Positions 5,595-15,601 of a DNA stretch of 44,056 nt are shown here, piece after piece. Every line of letters begins with the position of its first letter. Positions within the stretch are counted from its first letter, which is position 1. Made by a program: the position numbers and the translations under genes. The notes beneath the pieces were generated by a model. It was not told the origin of the DNA. It saw nothing but the letters and a program-made list of their open reading frames with translations, and searched no databases. This stretch comes from a virus: IMG/VR virus record IMGVR_UViG_3300024999_000022, one strand, 5' to 3'.

Positions 5595-8300
5595 TTATTC
5601 TTTAGGTTCATAAATTTTTCTAAACTCTCTAACTTCTCCAAGTCTTATTAACATATCCTCTAATAGTTGACGTGTTTCTTTATCCTTAAATGCTGCTTGT
5701 GCTTCTATATCAATTTGTTGAGGTTTTGTTCCAGTTGTTAATGATAACATCTTAGAAAGACCTTTTAGATCTCCACCAAATAATTTATCAAGATAAGAAA
5801 CTCCTCTGGATGTAAATAATGAACGAGCAATAAGCAATCTTTCTGGATCAGCAACATAACTAGTTCGTTTACCAACCTCTTTTAATGTACCATCTTGTTG
5901 CTTCTTAAGAATTGGCTTATCAACTTCATTAATATTAAGAATACTCTTCAATATCTCTGGAGCATTTTTATATTCACGTGCATCGTAAACATCTTTCAAG
6001 TCACGCTTCCTAAATGAATCCTTTCCTATCCCTAACTCTATGGGAAGTTTTAATGCTGGATTCATCATACTAATAGTATTAAATATCTTATTTTTACTAA
6101 ATAAGTTTGCAAAAGCTTCGATAGGTGTACCAAAGTTTGAGATATATTGCTTAAGTCCTTCTGGAGAATCTTTTAGTTTAATAGCAAATGAATCAGAAAT
6201 GTAATCTGGTAGATTTTTTCTTTCTTCTGGAGTAGCCTTGTCTCCAGTATTTTCTACGAACTTAATAATCTGATTTATTCTTTCTGGACTCTCGCCCATT
6301 GTTTTCAATTGAAGTTCTATATTTTTACGCGTAAAAGAATAGAATGGAATTATTCTTCGCATTATTTGACTTTCAAATGCAGTAAGAGAACGATAATCAA
6401 AACCCGCTCTTTCAGCTAGCTTAAGAGCTTCATCTATTGTTTTTCCTTTATTTAACGCTCCTAAATAAGCAGTTGCTTTTTGCTGATGCTCTATAAATTG
6501 ACCAGTCGTCCTTGCAAGTTTAAATGCAGTGCTATCTTCTCCAACTAGTGGTACAATATTTCCCTTTTGAAAACCTAATGTTTTCTTTAAAGATTCCTTA
6601 CTGAAAGCTTTTTCTTGTGATGCCAACATCTTACCTGCATCTGCAGCATCGCCAAAATCTGTATGATAAAAAGTATCACCAGCAAATCTCTCATCGAAAG
6701 CTTTGAACAATTCTTTTTTATTGAATGTTTTTCCAGCTAATTCTATTTTTCCACTCCATGGTGTTCCTTTTGCTATATTTAAAGCTAATCCCTGTGCGTT
6801 TGCTATTGTTTTTGGGTTCAAAGCTTCAACACCAATTGTTTCAAAGTTTTGAACAGCTCCAGATACAAAGTTTCTAACATGAAAAGGTAAAAATAAACCA
6901 GTAACTGAACGTTTAAATAAACTTGTCATAGCGTCAAAGCCAGTTGCTTTAGCTAACATGTTTATAGTCTGAAATTCTGGTCTAATAAGATCGTTAAAAA
7001 GTTTTGCGTCCCATTCTCCAACATATCCAACTGGTTTTCCAAAACCACCCTTTTCTCTTAATATTTTTAGTCCAGCAGCCTTAGCTTCTGACTCGCTAGC
7101 AAATGAATCTAGCGGTTTCCCATATTTTTCAACAAAATCAGTTAAAAACTTTCTTGATTCAGTGTCAGAAATTATTTGTGATTCTCTAGTAAAGAACGCT
7201 TTTCTTGGATCTAATTCTATGTTTTCTACTTTTAATATATTTTTAAATTGTTTTCTCCAACCCTCGCTACCTACTTGTATTCCAGATTTATTCATTTCTA
7301 TAATAAATTTATCCGTTACATTTTTCTGTAGAAATGGCATATATACAGCATACGGATCTTCTAAACCAGCATCTTTAGCAAATTTTTGAGAACGCTCCTG
7401 TTGAAGTTTGAAATATTTCTGTTCTTCTGGAGATTTGAATTTAATATCTAATTTAGATGATAATTCTTTATCTATCTTTTCTATTTCAGAAAAATTTCCA
7501 GATTCTTGTGCTCTTTTAGTCATAGCAGTAGCCGCATCTCTTCCTCCAACTTTTTCACCTAAAAGAAATTCTGCTTGTTTACCAAGCGCAGCCTTAAGAC
7601 CAACTTCTAATCGTTGTTCTTGTGTTAGACCATCTACTCCTAAGTCTGTCAGTTGATCACTAGCTGCTTGAGCTATTTTTCTAGCTTTAGTACTCATAAA
7701 ACTTAGCACATCAGTTTTAGCTCCTTCTGATGATTTATATCCAGCGACAAAAGCTCTCCCGAAAGAATCCTGTAAAGCTTTCCCAGTCATTTCAAGTCCT
7801 TGTCCTAACTCTGGCGAAATCTTTGACACACCTTTTAGTCCAGCCCTTGTACCAATTTTTACACCAGCCGTAATTCCCTTGGCTAAAGCTCCACCAAAAT
7901 ATGTACTCGGATCTAAAAGAACATCCCCAAGAAAACCAATTCCAGACTGAGCAATTTTATTTTTTATTCCTAATTTTTTTGCAACATCCTTAAATCCTCT
8001 ACGTTCTACTTCATAATCTGTTCCAGTTATAGCAGAACCTATTCCAGTCGCAATATCTTTTCCATATTCTTTTATTCCAGCTCCAACACCTTTTTTCATT
8101 CCAGTGAGTAGAGCTTCTGCAGGATTAAAAGCACCAAGACCTTTTCCTATGCGCTGAAGAAATCCGAGTTTATTGTCTTGTCCAGTTATTTTATCAACTT
8201 CTTGCTGATATCCCTTAGACGAGGCAAAAGACGCTAATCCTTCTGAGGAAGAAAGTGATGGTGTCGATGTACTAGTTGTTCCGTAAATTTTAAAAGCCAT
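5595..8300 (-). CDS. Large virion-associated protein (internal/ejection or tail-hub candidate)
   Basis: 901-aa ORF, the largest in the structural module. Ser/Thr-rich N-terminus (GTTSTSTPSLSSSEG) followed by Gly-rich amphipathic repeats. Confidence 0.45.
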   Translation of the reverse strand: MAFKIYGTTSTSTPSLSSSEGLASFASSKGYQQEVDKITGQDNKLGFLQRIGKGLGAFNPAEALLTGMKKGVGAGIKEYGKDIATGIGSAITGTDYEVERRGFKDVAKKLGIKNKIAQSGIGFLGDVLLDPSTYFGGALAKGITAGVKIGTRAGLKGVSKISPELGQGLEMTGKALQDSFGRAFVAGYKSSEGAKTDVLSFMSTKARKIAQAASDQLTDLGVDGLTQEQRLEVGLKAALGKQAEFLLGEKVGGRDAATAMTKRAQESGNFSEIEKIDKELSSKLDIKFKSPEEQKYFKLQQERSQKFAKDAGLEDPYAVYMPFLQKNVTDKFIIEMNKSGIQVGSEGWRKQFKNILKVENIELDPRKAFFTRESQIISDTESRKFLTDFVEKYGKPLDSFASESEAKAAGLKILREKGGFGKPVGYVGEWDAKLFNDLIRPEFQTINMLAKATGFDAMTSLFKRSVTGLFLPFHVRNFVSGAVQNFETIGVEALNPKTIANAQGLALNIAKGTPWSGKIELAGKTFNKKELFKAFDERFAGDTFYHTDFGDAADAGKMLASQEKAFSKESLKKTLGFQKGNIVPLVGEDSTAFKLARTTGQFIEHQQKATAYLGALNKGKTIDEALKLAERAGFDYRSLTAFESQIMRRIIPFYSFTRKNIELQLKTMGESPERINQIIKFVENTGDKATPEERKNLPDYISDSFAIKLKDSPEGLKQYISNFGTPIEAFANLFSKNKIFNTISMMNPALKLPIELGIGKDSFRKRDLKDVYDAREYKNAPEILKSILNINEVDKPILKKQQDGTLKEVGKRTSYVADPERLLIARSLFTSRGVSYLDKLFGGDLKGLSKMLSLTTGTKPQQIDIEAQAAFKDKETRQLLEDMLIRLGEVREFRKIYEPKE

Positions 8301-8311
8301 TTATTTTTTTA

Positions 8312-9427
8312 TTAGAAGAAAAGTCTTTTATTTTGGTCGTTACTTCCACTATTAGAAAATAAGAAATCATAAATTGAACTTGCAAATCCACCTCCAGTAT
8401 TTTGAGGTATTGAATTTAAAACAGTAGAGCGTATTTCTTGCGAACTAACCATAGGAAATTGTGATGATAATTTGGAAATAGCTTCGTCAGCATTTTCAGA
8501 AGTTAAATCTCCAGCATCAATATTTTTAGATATTTCATCATATACAGCATTTCTTTGACTAGTTTCATCACCTCCTTGAATTATATTATAATTTTCTTGG
8601 AAAGAAGCACCCGGGTCTAGTCTAACCTTTGGATTTATCTTTTTTAATTCGAGAAGTTCCGCTGAGGTTATTTGTTTGTCCGTACCTTTAGCTGAAGCCA
8701 TCTTCATTTCCTGTGTAGTTTTTGCTATTTGTAACTTAGCAGCTTGAAGTTTCAAGTCTGATTCTTCTATTGTTCGTTTATATGCTTCCTTATTTGCCTT
8801 CTTAAGTCTTTTCTCCATATCTTTTGTAGAACCGCTTGTTTTAAGACCAAGAGCCATTAGAGATGTTTTTAATGCATCTTTTTTAGTATCATTTGCTAAT
8901 TTAGTTTCATATTCACCTAATTTTGAAGTAACAGATTCAAATGAATCTCCAAATGTTATTCCTGCTTTAGGATATTTAACCATTAATTCACGTTTCTGGT
9001 TTACTTCTTGCTCTCTTATTCCATAACGTGCAGCAAGTTCAAGATTTGCAGCTTGAATTGCTTGTTGTTTAACATTAGCAGTGTCGGCAAGAGCCTGTAG
9101 TTTATTTGACGCAATGTTTTGTGCTTGAGCTTGTTCTCCACGAATAACTCCTAACGCTTGTGGAAGATTTTCAATAGCCGTATTTTGATTCATCGCTGCT
9201 GTTTTTGCTGCAGTCAATTCATTTAGTGTTTTAGTATAATCAGTCTGAAGACCAGGTAACCCAAGTTCATTTGATATTTGTGTGCGAATTCCTAAAAGGT
9301 CTCCTGGAGCTGCTGCTGGAGCTGTTGTAGCTTGAGCAATATTAGCCGAAGAATAAACCTGTTGAGGAGTTACAGTTAGCGGTTGAGCTGGTGCTAGTGC
9401 TGAATTAAGAGATATTTGTTCTGCCAT
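8312..9427 (-). CDS. Coiled-coil structural-module protein
   Basis: 371 aa. Ala/Gln-rich N-terminal half with heptad-like runs (QAQAQNIASNKLQALADTANVKQQAIQAANLELAA). Confidence 0.45.
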   Translation of the reverse strand: MAEQISLNSALAPAQPLTVTPQQVYSSANIAQATTAPAAAPGDLLGIRTQISNELGLPGLQTDYTKTLNELTAAKTAAMNQNTAIENLPQALGVIRGEQAQAQNIASNKLQALADTANVKQQAIQAANLELAARYGIREQEVNQKRELMVKYPKAGITFGDSFESVTSKLGEYETKLANDTKKDALKTSLMALGLKTSGSTKDMEKRLKKANKEAYKRTIEESDLKLQAAKLQIAKTTQEMKMASAKGTDKQITSAELLELKKINPKVRLDPGASFQENYNIIQGGDETSQRNAVYDEISKNIDAGDLTSENADEAISKLSSQFPMVSSQEIRSTVLNSIPQNTGGGFASSIYDFLFSNSGSNDQNKRLFF

Positions 9428-9440
9428 AGTTTTTGTTTAA

Positions 9441-9836
9441 TTATAATTTTGCTTTGTCAATAAATATAAAGTACTTTAGATTAATTATTCTTGAAGCTCC
9501 AGTTGGACTTTCATAATCTATTCTTATTTTTATTTTTGTATCATCAGATCTTACTCCAATCCTAATAAAATCATCAATAGCGTTATATTCTTGCCATGGC
9601 ATAACAGCATATGTTCCATCATTATATACATCAAGTAGTACCTTAACTATTGGTGTATACGGTAACCCATGATTTCCAGATAATGTTGTTATAAATCCAG
9701 AATTTATTGATCCGCTGTATGTTTCTGCGAAAGTACCTTTTAAGTTTTGATACTTACTTGTTATAACACAATCTATGTCGTTACAAGTTTTTACATCAAA
9801 ATCATCATATGAAACTCTTATTCCATAGTTACTCAT
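9441..9836 (-). CDS. Tail/fibre-associated protein, one copy of a roughly 125-aa repeated domain
   Basis: The N-terminus NYGIRVSYDDFDVKTCNDIDCVITSKY is paralogous to both halves of 9829..10587. Confidence 0.5.
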   Translation of the reverse strand: MSNYGIRVSYDDFDVKTCNDIDCVITSKYQNLKGTFAETYSGSINSGFITTLSGNHGLPYTPIVKVLLDVYNDGTYAVMPWQEYNAIDDFIRIGVRSDDTKIKIRIDYESPTGASRIINLKYFIFIDKAKL

Positions 9837-10587
9837 TTAGTTTGTCTTTAAAAATAATATAATATTCAGTATCTCCAGTTGATGATATCATTATTAAGTT
9901 TGTTAATGTTATATATCCACCTTTTTGATATTGAATATAATTATCTCCGCTGCTCTTGGTATAATGCATGAAGTTTGGGATGTAACCAAGATTATGTAAA
10001 ACAATTATATCTTCTCCATCCGTATTTAATACTGTATCTTTTTTATGTATTATTTGATTAAAAAATGAACTAGAAAAAGAACAGTCAACATCTAAACAAG
10101 TTTTTACATCATTTCCATCCTTGCTTGCTCTTATACCATAATTATTTGATGAGTTACCTATTGAAGTTGTTGTGTTTATATTTCTTTCTGAGACAGTCCT
10201 AAAGTCATCTAGGAAAATATACACTGTAAAATATACGGTATCTCCAGCTGTTATATTACCTAAATCAAATACTGGTATTATATCTATTTCTAATTTATCA
10301 GAATAGTTTCTTGTTTGTAATTCATCTTCATTACCATCCTCAAATAAAAAACTCTCACTAAGTCCCCTTGTAGTATTACCATTATATTCTACTATGTATG
10401 GAGCAAAAAACCCTAAATCATGATCTATTGTTACAGTATTTGTTCCACTAGCAGGCATTATTCCAGTAATAGAATATGTGTTAAATATTTTTAATGTTTG
10501 AAATGCACTTGAAAACACCTTTAATCTGTCAGCAGAATCTTTAACATTATATCCATTTTGACTTACTGCTATTCCTAAATTACCCAT
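9829..10587 (-). CDS. Tail/fibre-associated protein, two tandem copies of the same domain
   Basis: NLGIAVSQNGYNVKDSADRLKVFSSAF (N-terminal half) and NYGIRASKDGNDVKTCLDVDCSFSSSF (C-terminal half). Confidence 0.5.
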   Translation of the reverse strand: MGNLGIAVSQNGYNVKDSADRLKVFSSAFQTLKIFNTYSITGIMPASGTNTVTIDHDLGFFAPYIVEYNGNTTRGLSESFLFEDGNEDELQTRNYSDKLEIDIIPVFDLGNITAGDTVYFTVYIFLDDFRTVSERNINTTTSIGNSSNNYGIRASKDGNDVKTCLDVDCSFSSSFFNQIIHKKDTVLNTDGEDIIVLHNLGYIPNFMHYTKSSGDNYIQYQKGGYITLTNLIMISSTGDTEYYIIFKDKLNE

Positions 10588-10775
10588 TAAAATAATCCCT
10601 CTCCAAAACCAATAAGAACCCTATCAGTTCCAGATTCGTCACTAATTATCATTGCTCCTCGTTCCATTCTCAAACTACCATCTCCAATAGAAAGTCTTTT
10701 AACATTGTTAAGAATTTCTCCTGTTCCAGCAGCATCTAGTGTTGGTTGTGATGGTTGATTATCTATAAGTCCCAT
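10587..10775 (-). CDS. Small structural-module protein
   Basis: 62-aa ORF with start/stop overlaps to both neighbours (translationally coupled). Confidence 0.4.
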   Translation of the reverse strand: MGLIDNQPSQPTLDAAGTGEILNNVKRLSIGDGSLRMERGAMIISDESGTDRVLIGFGEGLF

Positions 10776-12031
10776 TAGTTTGTTTTTATTCTTTTAATAA
10801 CTATGTTATTTGAACCGCTTGGAGTCAAGGTTATTCTTCCTTGAAAGAAGTTTACTTGTCCAAGTCCTCCATCAAAGTACACTTTCTTTTTTATAGTATC
10901 AGTAATTGTAGTTTGTGATGAATATCCTCCATTATCAATATTTGTTGAAATACCTACTGTTCCGCCAGATCCAATTGAATGATAATCTACAAAAATATTG
11001 TCTCCAGTGTCTGCTTCTGGAGTGTCTATTGTAGCTGTGGCATAAGAAGTTCCTATTTTATCAATATTTGTTCCATTAGAAACTAACAGTTGTCCTCCAG
11101 TAGAACGAATTGATTTAATGGTTCCTTGAGTTGCAGTGTATTCTTGTACTACTGCATATGGATAACTATCACTTTCTCTATGAATTGAGAAAATTTTAGT
11201 ACCAGTAGCAAATAGTGGTCTTCCACTATGTACAGTTGAATTCTGATCACTTTGTACAGTATCTACGTCTTTAAGTTTAAAGAATCTTTTAGCTGAAGAA
11301 CCTGCCCAATAATATAACCAACCATCATCTCCACACTGAACAAACGTAATTCCATCTGCAGGTATTACACAATTAACTCCATTTTCTGGAATATCATCTT
11401 CTACTGTCCATGATGGAGAGTATGTGTCCCAAAGAAAGACCTTACAAGATTTTACCTTAGTGCCTATGGTTGTCCAAACAAGCAGGTCATAGCCAGAAGA
11501 TGATAATGCTGTTATATTGTATTGTGGAAGAATATCTAATGCATTATCTGAAAATGAATTTGTATTATCTACCGATGCTACATATTTTCCATCACCAATA
11601 AATAGTGAAAGATTAAGTTCGCACATCGGTTTATATATTGAACCATTAGTAAATGTTGCAAAAGAATCTGCCCATGTTGCTACAAGGTTAAATCTTCCTA
11701 ACTTCGTAGACGTAGCGTAATAAATATATCCATTAAAATATATACAACCAGCATGAGCACCATTTGCGTTTGTGTTGACTAGGGTATATGCTGCATCTGC
11801 TACTGCCCTCTTCCAAGTTTTTCCAGACGTTGTTGAGAAAAAATAAATATTACCAGCTGTGTCTTCTGCTTGAATACATGGTTCATTTGGTGTTGTTGAT
11901 TCACTTATAAGTTCTAACTGACATTGAGCTTCTCCTATTGATGTGTGTACATCTAAATTAACAAGATTATCGAATCCGTTTTGTTCATTTTTACTACGCT
12001 GTATTCCATTGTAGAATTTATCGTATATCAT
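10775..12031 (-). CDS. Beta-rich tail-associated protein
   Basis: 418-aa ORF in the tail-gene run, rich in Gly/Ser/Thr/Tyr. No catalytic motif recognised. Confidence 0.45.
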   Translation of the reverse strand: MIYDKFYNGIQRSKNEQNGFDNLVNLDVHTSIGEAQCQLELISESTTPNEPCIQAEDTAGNIYFFSTTSGKTWKRAVADAAYTLVNTNANGAHAGCIYFNGYIYYATSTKLGRFNLVATWADSFATFTNGSIYKPMCELNLSLFIGDGKYVASVDNTNSFSDNALDILPQYNITALSSSGYDLLVWTTIGTKVKSCKVFLWDTYSPSWTVEDDIPENGVNCVIPADGITFVQCGDDGWLYYWAGSSAKRFFKLKDVDTVQSDQNSTVHSGRPLFATGTKIFSIHRESDSYPYAVVQEYTATQGTIKSIRSTGGQLLVSNGTNIDKIGTSYATATIDTPEADTGDNIFVDYHSIGSGGTVGISTNIDNGGYSSQTTITDTIKKKVYFDGGLGQVNFFQGRITLTPSGSNNIVIKRIKTN

Positions 12032-12098
12032 TTATTTTTTCTTTAATATTGCCATTTCTTTACCTATTTAGATGTTTATTTACCCTTCTATTTAGTTT

Positions 12099-13469
12099 TT
12101 ATAGTTCTGCGTCTGCTGTCCAGTGAAATGCTATCGACCTAGCAGTTGTTGCTGTTCCATCAGCGCCTGCTGCTTGAAAACCAGTAGCACCTATAAGAGA
12201 TAACGATTGATTTTTCTCACCAGACGGCATTGTAACTTTGTCGATAGTTCCAGCTGTTGCATAAGCGTGAACAGTAGGCGTTGTTCTTTTTTTAGTTGCG
12301 AAATGCACAATAATTCCTTGCGTATATGCAGCACTATTTAAACCATCAACATAAAAACTTGTTTGACCAACTGTTGTGTTAGTCCCAGGGTTTACATCTA
12401 CATTATAACTTTTTTCAAAATACCTCTGACACGCTCTCAATTCTTCTTCATAACTCTTAGGTTGAAAGGGAAGAGCAACATCTCCTGCACAGAGTTGGAC
12501 TTGAGCGATGTCTATGTTTCCTGCACCCACAAAGGTTTCGGCGGTTACGGAGGTTTGGACGTAGGTATTTCCGAAAGTAGTTCCCCACATATAATAAATG
12601 TCGAGTTCAAGATAATCATCTCCAGCAGTTCCAAAAGTTTTCCCAACTAAAGTATTTGTCGTAAATGTGGCAGTATATTTTGTCCAAGTCGAAGTGAGTG
12701 TAATTGGCGTTCCAAGAATAATTTCTGCTGTTGTAGGACTCCCACCTGTTCCATAATTTTGTCTTAAATTAGGAGTGATTCTTTTATTAGCGATGTCGCT
12801 TCTGGCGTAAAAGGAAACAGTAACTTTTTTCCCATTTCCGCAAAGATTTCTTGTTCCGTTTTCTATAGGTTGTGAATAATTACCTCTAGAATTGATTCCT
12901 AAGGAAGTCCCTGCTCCGTTAGTTGTTAGGCGTAAGAAATAAAAAGAATTTGCAATATCACCTGAAGTCTGCAGTTGCCTTGACATTGATAGGGTTGGCA
13001 ATGTCCCACTGTCTTTTGAAATATAACTTTTCCATCTATCCGCTAAAAACTGAACAGTTACATCTGCCAAAGCAACACTTGTTCCTCTCTGCCATACATC
13101 AAAGTTACCATTCATAATAGCTTGGCGAGCCATACCGTATTGAGTGATATTTGCGTCTGCACTAGCGTCAACTTTAGAGCCTGTTGAAAGGGTCTTATTC
13201 GTCAGCGTATCAGTCGTTGCTTTTCCCACTAAAGTATCTGTCGCATCTGGCAAAGTCAAAACCTTATCTGAAGCAATAGCTGAAGGAGCTGTGATAGTGA
13301 TTTTATTTGTTCCGTTGTCTGTGTCTTCTGCCAGGTCAAGAGAAGCAGGGGCAGAGGCGGAGGCGTTTGTAATTTTATCTGTCTTTCCATAAAGCTCAGT
13401 AAAATTAGCCTCTATTTTTGTTAAACTTGTATCTCCTGCCTCTGTTGGCAGGATATCTTGTTGTGCCAT
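12099..13469 (-). CDS. Tail fibre / receptor-binding protein candidate
   Basis: N-terminal ILPTEAGDTSLTKIEANFTELY and LTLPDATDTLVGKATTDTLTNKTL, which are fibre-type repeat motifs, followed by a variable beta-rich C-terminal half. Confidence 0.55.
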   Translation of the reverse strand: MAQQDILPTEAGDTSLTKIEANFTELYGKTDKITNASASAPASLDLAEDTDNGTNKITITAPSAIASDKVLTLPDATDTLVGKATTDTLTNKTLSTGSKVDASADANITQYGMARQAIMNGNFDVWQRGTSVALADVTVQFLADRWKSYISKDSGTLPTLSMSRQLQTSGDIANSFYFLRLTTNGAGTSLGINSRGNYSQPIENGTRNLCGNGKKVTVSFYARSDIANKRITPNLRQNYGTGGSPTTAEIILGTPITLTSTWTKYTATFTTNTLVGKTFGTAGDDYLELDIYYMWGTTFGNTYVQTSVTAETFVGAGNIDIAQVQLCAGDVALPFQPKSYEEELRACQRYFEKSYNVDVNPGTNTTVGQTSFYVDGLNSAAYTQGIIVHFATKKRTTPTVHAYATAGTIDKVTMPSGEKNQSLSLIGATGFQAAGADGTATTARSIAFHWTADAEL

Positions 13470-13471
13470 AT

Positions 13472-14134
13472 TTAGTTCCAGTCAGTCGTCGGTTTTGTTC
13501 TTTCCGACCAACCACTTGTTGGTTTAATTCTATTAATAAATGTTGTTTCTGGCTTAGTTCGTTCTTGCCATGATGATGTTTGAACCCATGGATTTACTAA
13601 CCATGGATAAAACGTGCTACTCCATGGATGTATATCATAACTCCATAAAACTTGTTCTCTTGTTTTCCATTTTTCAATTGGTTGAATTCTAATTTCCCAA
13701 AGCAATCCTATTTTAGAAGGTGGTATTAATTCAATTGTAAAACTTTCAGTATTTGGAAACACAGTAAAATCATATTCTATTGAAGGATTCTGTGCTAATA
13801 AAGTCAAACTTTCTGTTGATACTAAAATAGTATTTCCAGAACCTTCAGTAATTGTTGGACTCTGTAATGAAATTATGACAGACTCAACTGTTGTGTCAAA
13901 AGAAACTCCTAATCCTTCCGTGATTGTTGGATCTTGAATAGCTATCGTTAAAGTATCTTCAGTGGAGTTAAATGTAACACCCTGTCCTTCAATAACAATA
14001 GGATCTTCAACTGACGTTGAGATACTCATTGAATCTGAACCATTACTTAAAACCAACCAAGGAAAATTCGTAGACAACCATGGTTGATAATTAGCTCCCC
14101 ACAAATATTCCAGTTCTACTACAACGTCTGTCAT
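13472..14134 (-). CDS. Trp-rich repeat protein of the tail module
   Basis: Three internal repeats of about 22 aa (DPIVIEGQGVTFNSTEDTLTIA / DPTITEGLGVSFDTTVESVIIS / SPTITEGSGNTILVSTESLTLL), flanked by W-rich PWL motifs. Confidence 0.45.
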   Translation of the reverse strand: MTDVVVELEYLWGANYQPWLSTNFPWLVLSNGSDSMSISTSVEDPIVIEGQGVTFNSTEDTLTIAIQDPTITEGLGVSFDTTVESVIISLQSPTITEGSGNTILVSTESLTLLAQNPSIEYDFTVFPNTESFTIELIPPSKIGLLWEIRIQPIEKWKTREQVLWSYDIHPWSSTFYPWLVNPWVQTSSWQERTKPETTFINRIKPTSGWSERTKPTTDWN

Positions 14135-14550
14135 TAGTTTGTATTAATAATTCCTTCAGCAGCCCAGTTTATTACAAAGTCTCCAGCGCTTGAACTCTTA
14201 TCTTCAGTAAAATCTATATATGCGATTAGTGGTGAAGTTCCAGCAACTCCAGTATCCTTGTAGATAACTGCATAACGTGCTGTGATTGTTGAACTTGCCC
14301 AAGTAACATTGTCAGCATCAAAAACTCCTTCATTATCAGTATCATCCTGTGTAACGGTAGGATTAGCTATGGTAGCTCCTCCTGCTGTATATCCAGTTCC
14401 AACTACTTCATTTGTTAAATCGTCTAAGAAAAGATGAGTATCAATATTTGGGGTATAAGTGCTTGTCAATAATGCAACCTTAATTGTATCAGAAGATAAA
14501 TCAATACTTCCTTTTAATGCTTCCAGTTTAAATTTGTTATAAATTGCCAT
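14134..14550 (-). CDS. Conserved-looking virion protein of unknown function
   Basis: 138-aa ORF. VGTGYTAGGATIANPTVTQDD ... FDADNVTW ... ARYAVIYKDTG pattern. ATGA-type coupling to its neighbours. Confidence 0.4.
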   Translation of the reverse strand: MAIYNKFKLEALKGSIDLSSDTIKVALLTSTYTPNIDTHLFLDDLTNEVVGTGYTAGGATIANPTVTQDDTDNEGVFDADNVTWASSTITARYAVIYKDTGVAGTSPLIAYIDFTEDKSSSAGDFVINWAAEGIINTN

Positions 14551-14552
14551 AA

Positions 14553-15269
14553 TTAGTAGCCATATTCAGATTCAAATCCTGCATCATATGTTCCAACGAT
14601 GTAGTCCCTGTCCTGGTCTTTAGTGTTATAAAATTCTTTCATACGATTAACAATGTCTTGTGTGTTATTTTCCATCCTATCTCTTTTTCCAACGTTTCCT
14701 TCAATCTCTAGATATTTTTCAAAATAATCCTTAGCTGCACCATAACATAATCCCTTTTGATAAGCTTCTGCGAATACTGGCTCATCAGTTGCTGCAGAAA
14801 GTTCCGTTACCTCCTTAGCAAACCAAATTTTTAATCCTCCAGATACATTGGTTGATGGTACTGGATATAGGAAAATTGAATTATCCATTAAATCTCCATT
14901 TGGTTTATCTGTTGTAAAGTTTTGCAAATTACTTGTAGCATCTGTTGCAGTACCTATTTCACTATGGTCAAGTTTTGATACTTTATACCAATTAGTTCCA
15001 TCATATGTTACTTCTATATCTTTTATTTTTAGGATATCTGAAGGAAGAACATATTCTTGTTGATTAGCAACTAAGTCTGTTGTTGCATAATCTCCTTGGA
15101 AATCCCAGTCGTCTTGAGCTGCTAAAATTTCTCCAACAAATAAATGATAATACATATTCAAGGATGCATCTAAATCAGCATCTGAAAATGTGTTTGTATT
15201 TGTGTTTGTTATAAATCGTGTATAGTTCCTTAAGCCGGAACTTTTTGAGGCATTATGTAAAATCACCAC
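14553..15269 (-). CDS. Head-tail joining / structural protein candidate
   Basis: 238-aa ORF at the boundary between the head-proximal genes and the tail genes. Confidence 0.35.
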   Translation of the reverse strand: MVILHNASKSSGLRNYTRFITNTNTNTFSDADLDASLNMYYHLFVGEILAAQDDWDFQGDYATTDLVANQQEYVLPSDILKIKDIEVTYDGTNWYKVSKLDHSEIGTATDATSNLQNFTTDKPNGDLMDNSIFLYPVPSTNVSGGLKIWFAKEVTELSAATDEPVFAEAYQKGLCYGAAKDYFEKYLEIEGNVGKRDRMENNTQDIVNRMKEFYNTKDQDRDYIVGTYDAGFESEYGY

Positions 15270-15601
15270 TTGTTCATCTCAGCTCCAATCAAGGATTCCT
15301 TCCTCCGAAGTTCTCTTGCTTGTGCGTCGAGTTTTAAATATGTATAAATTTTGTCTATTCTTGAAAGGTTATGTGGATTTCCTAGCATTACATCTAGCTC
15401 CATCAAATCTCTTCCTGCTAGCAACTGTGCAATTTCTGTTATCTTATCCATGATTCCATAATTGAACATTTGCTCTTTCAAACCAAGAAAATCAGCTATC
15501 TCTAGATTCTCCATGGTCAATCCTACATCCTGCATTTCTGTGGGAATTGATTGAATCTTATCTGATCCTTGTACTTCTTGTACTGGTTGTAATACTTCCA
15601 T
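15263..15601 (-). CDS. Hypothetical structural-module protein
   Basis: 112-aa ORF overlapping both neighbours by a few nt. Confidence 0.4.
   Translation of the reverse strand: MEVLQPVQEVQGSDKIQSIPTEMQDVGLTMENLEIADFLGLKEQMFNYGIMDKITEIAQLLAGRDLMELDVMLGNPHNLSRIDKIYTYLKLDAQARELRRKESLIGAEMNKW

Noticed and set aside
5595-8300. Plus-strand ORFs 7162..7389 and 7408..7656 inside the 901-aa gene. Analogous antisense ORFs occur at 977-1219, 1819-2073, 3328-3552, 11517-11720, 12363-13392, 14848-15063, 15638-16363, 16773-17685, 18345-18587, 20046-20267, 22269-22920, 23920-24102 and 26568-26759.
   Set aside because: These are shadow ORFs on the opposite strand of long, well-supported genes. They have low-complexity Ser/Leu/Phe-rich translations, no start signals and no free intergenic space.
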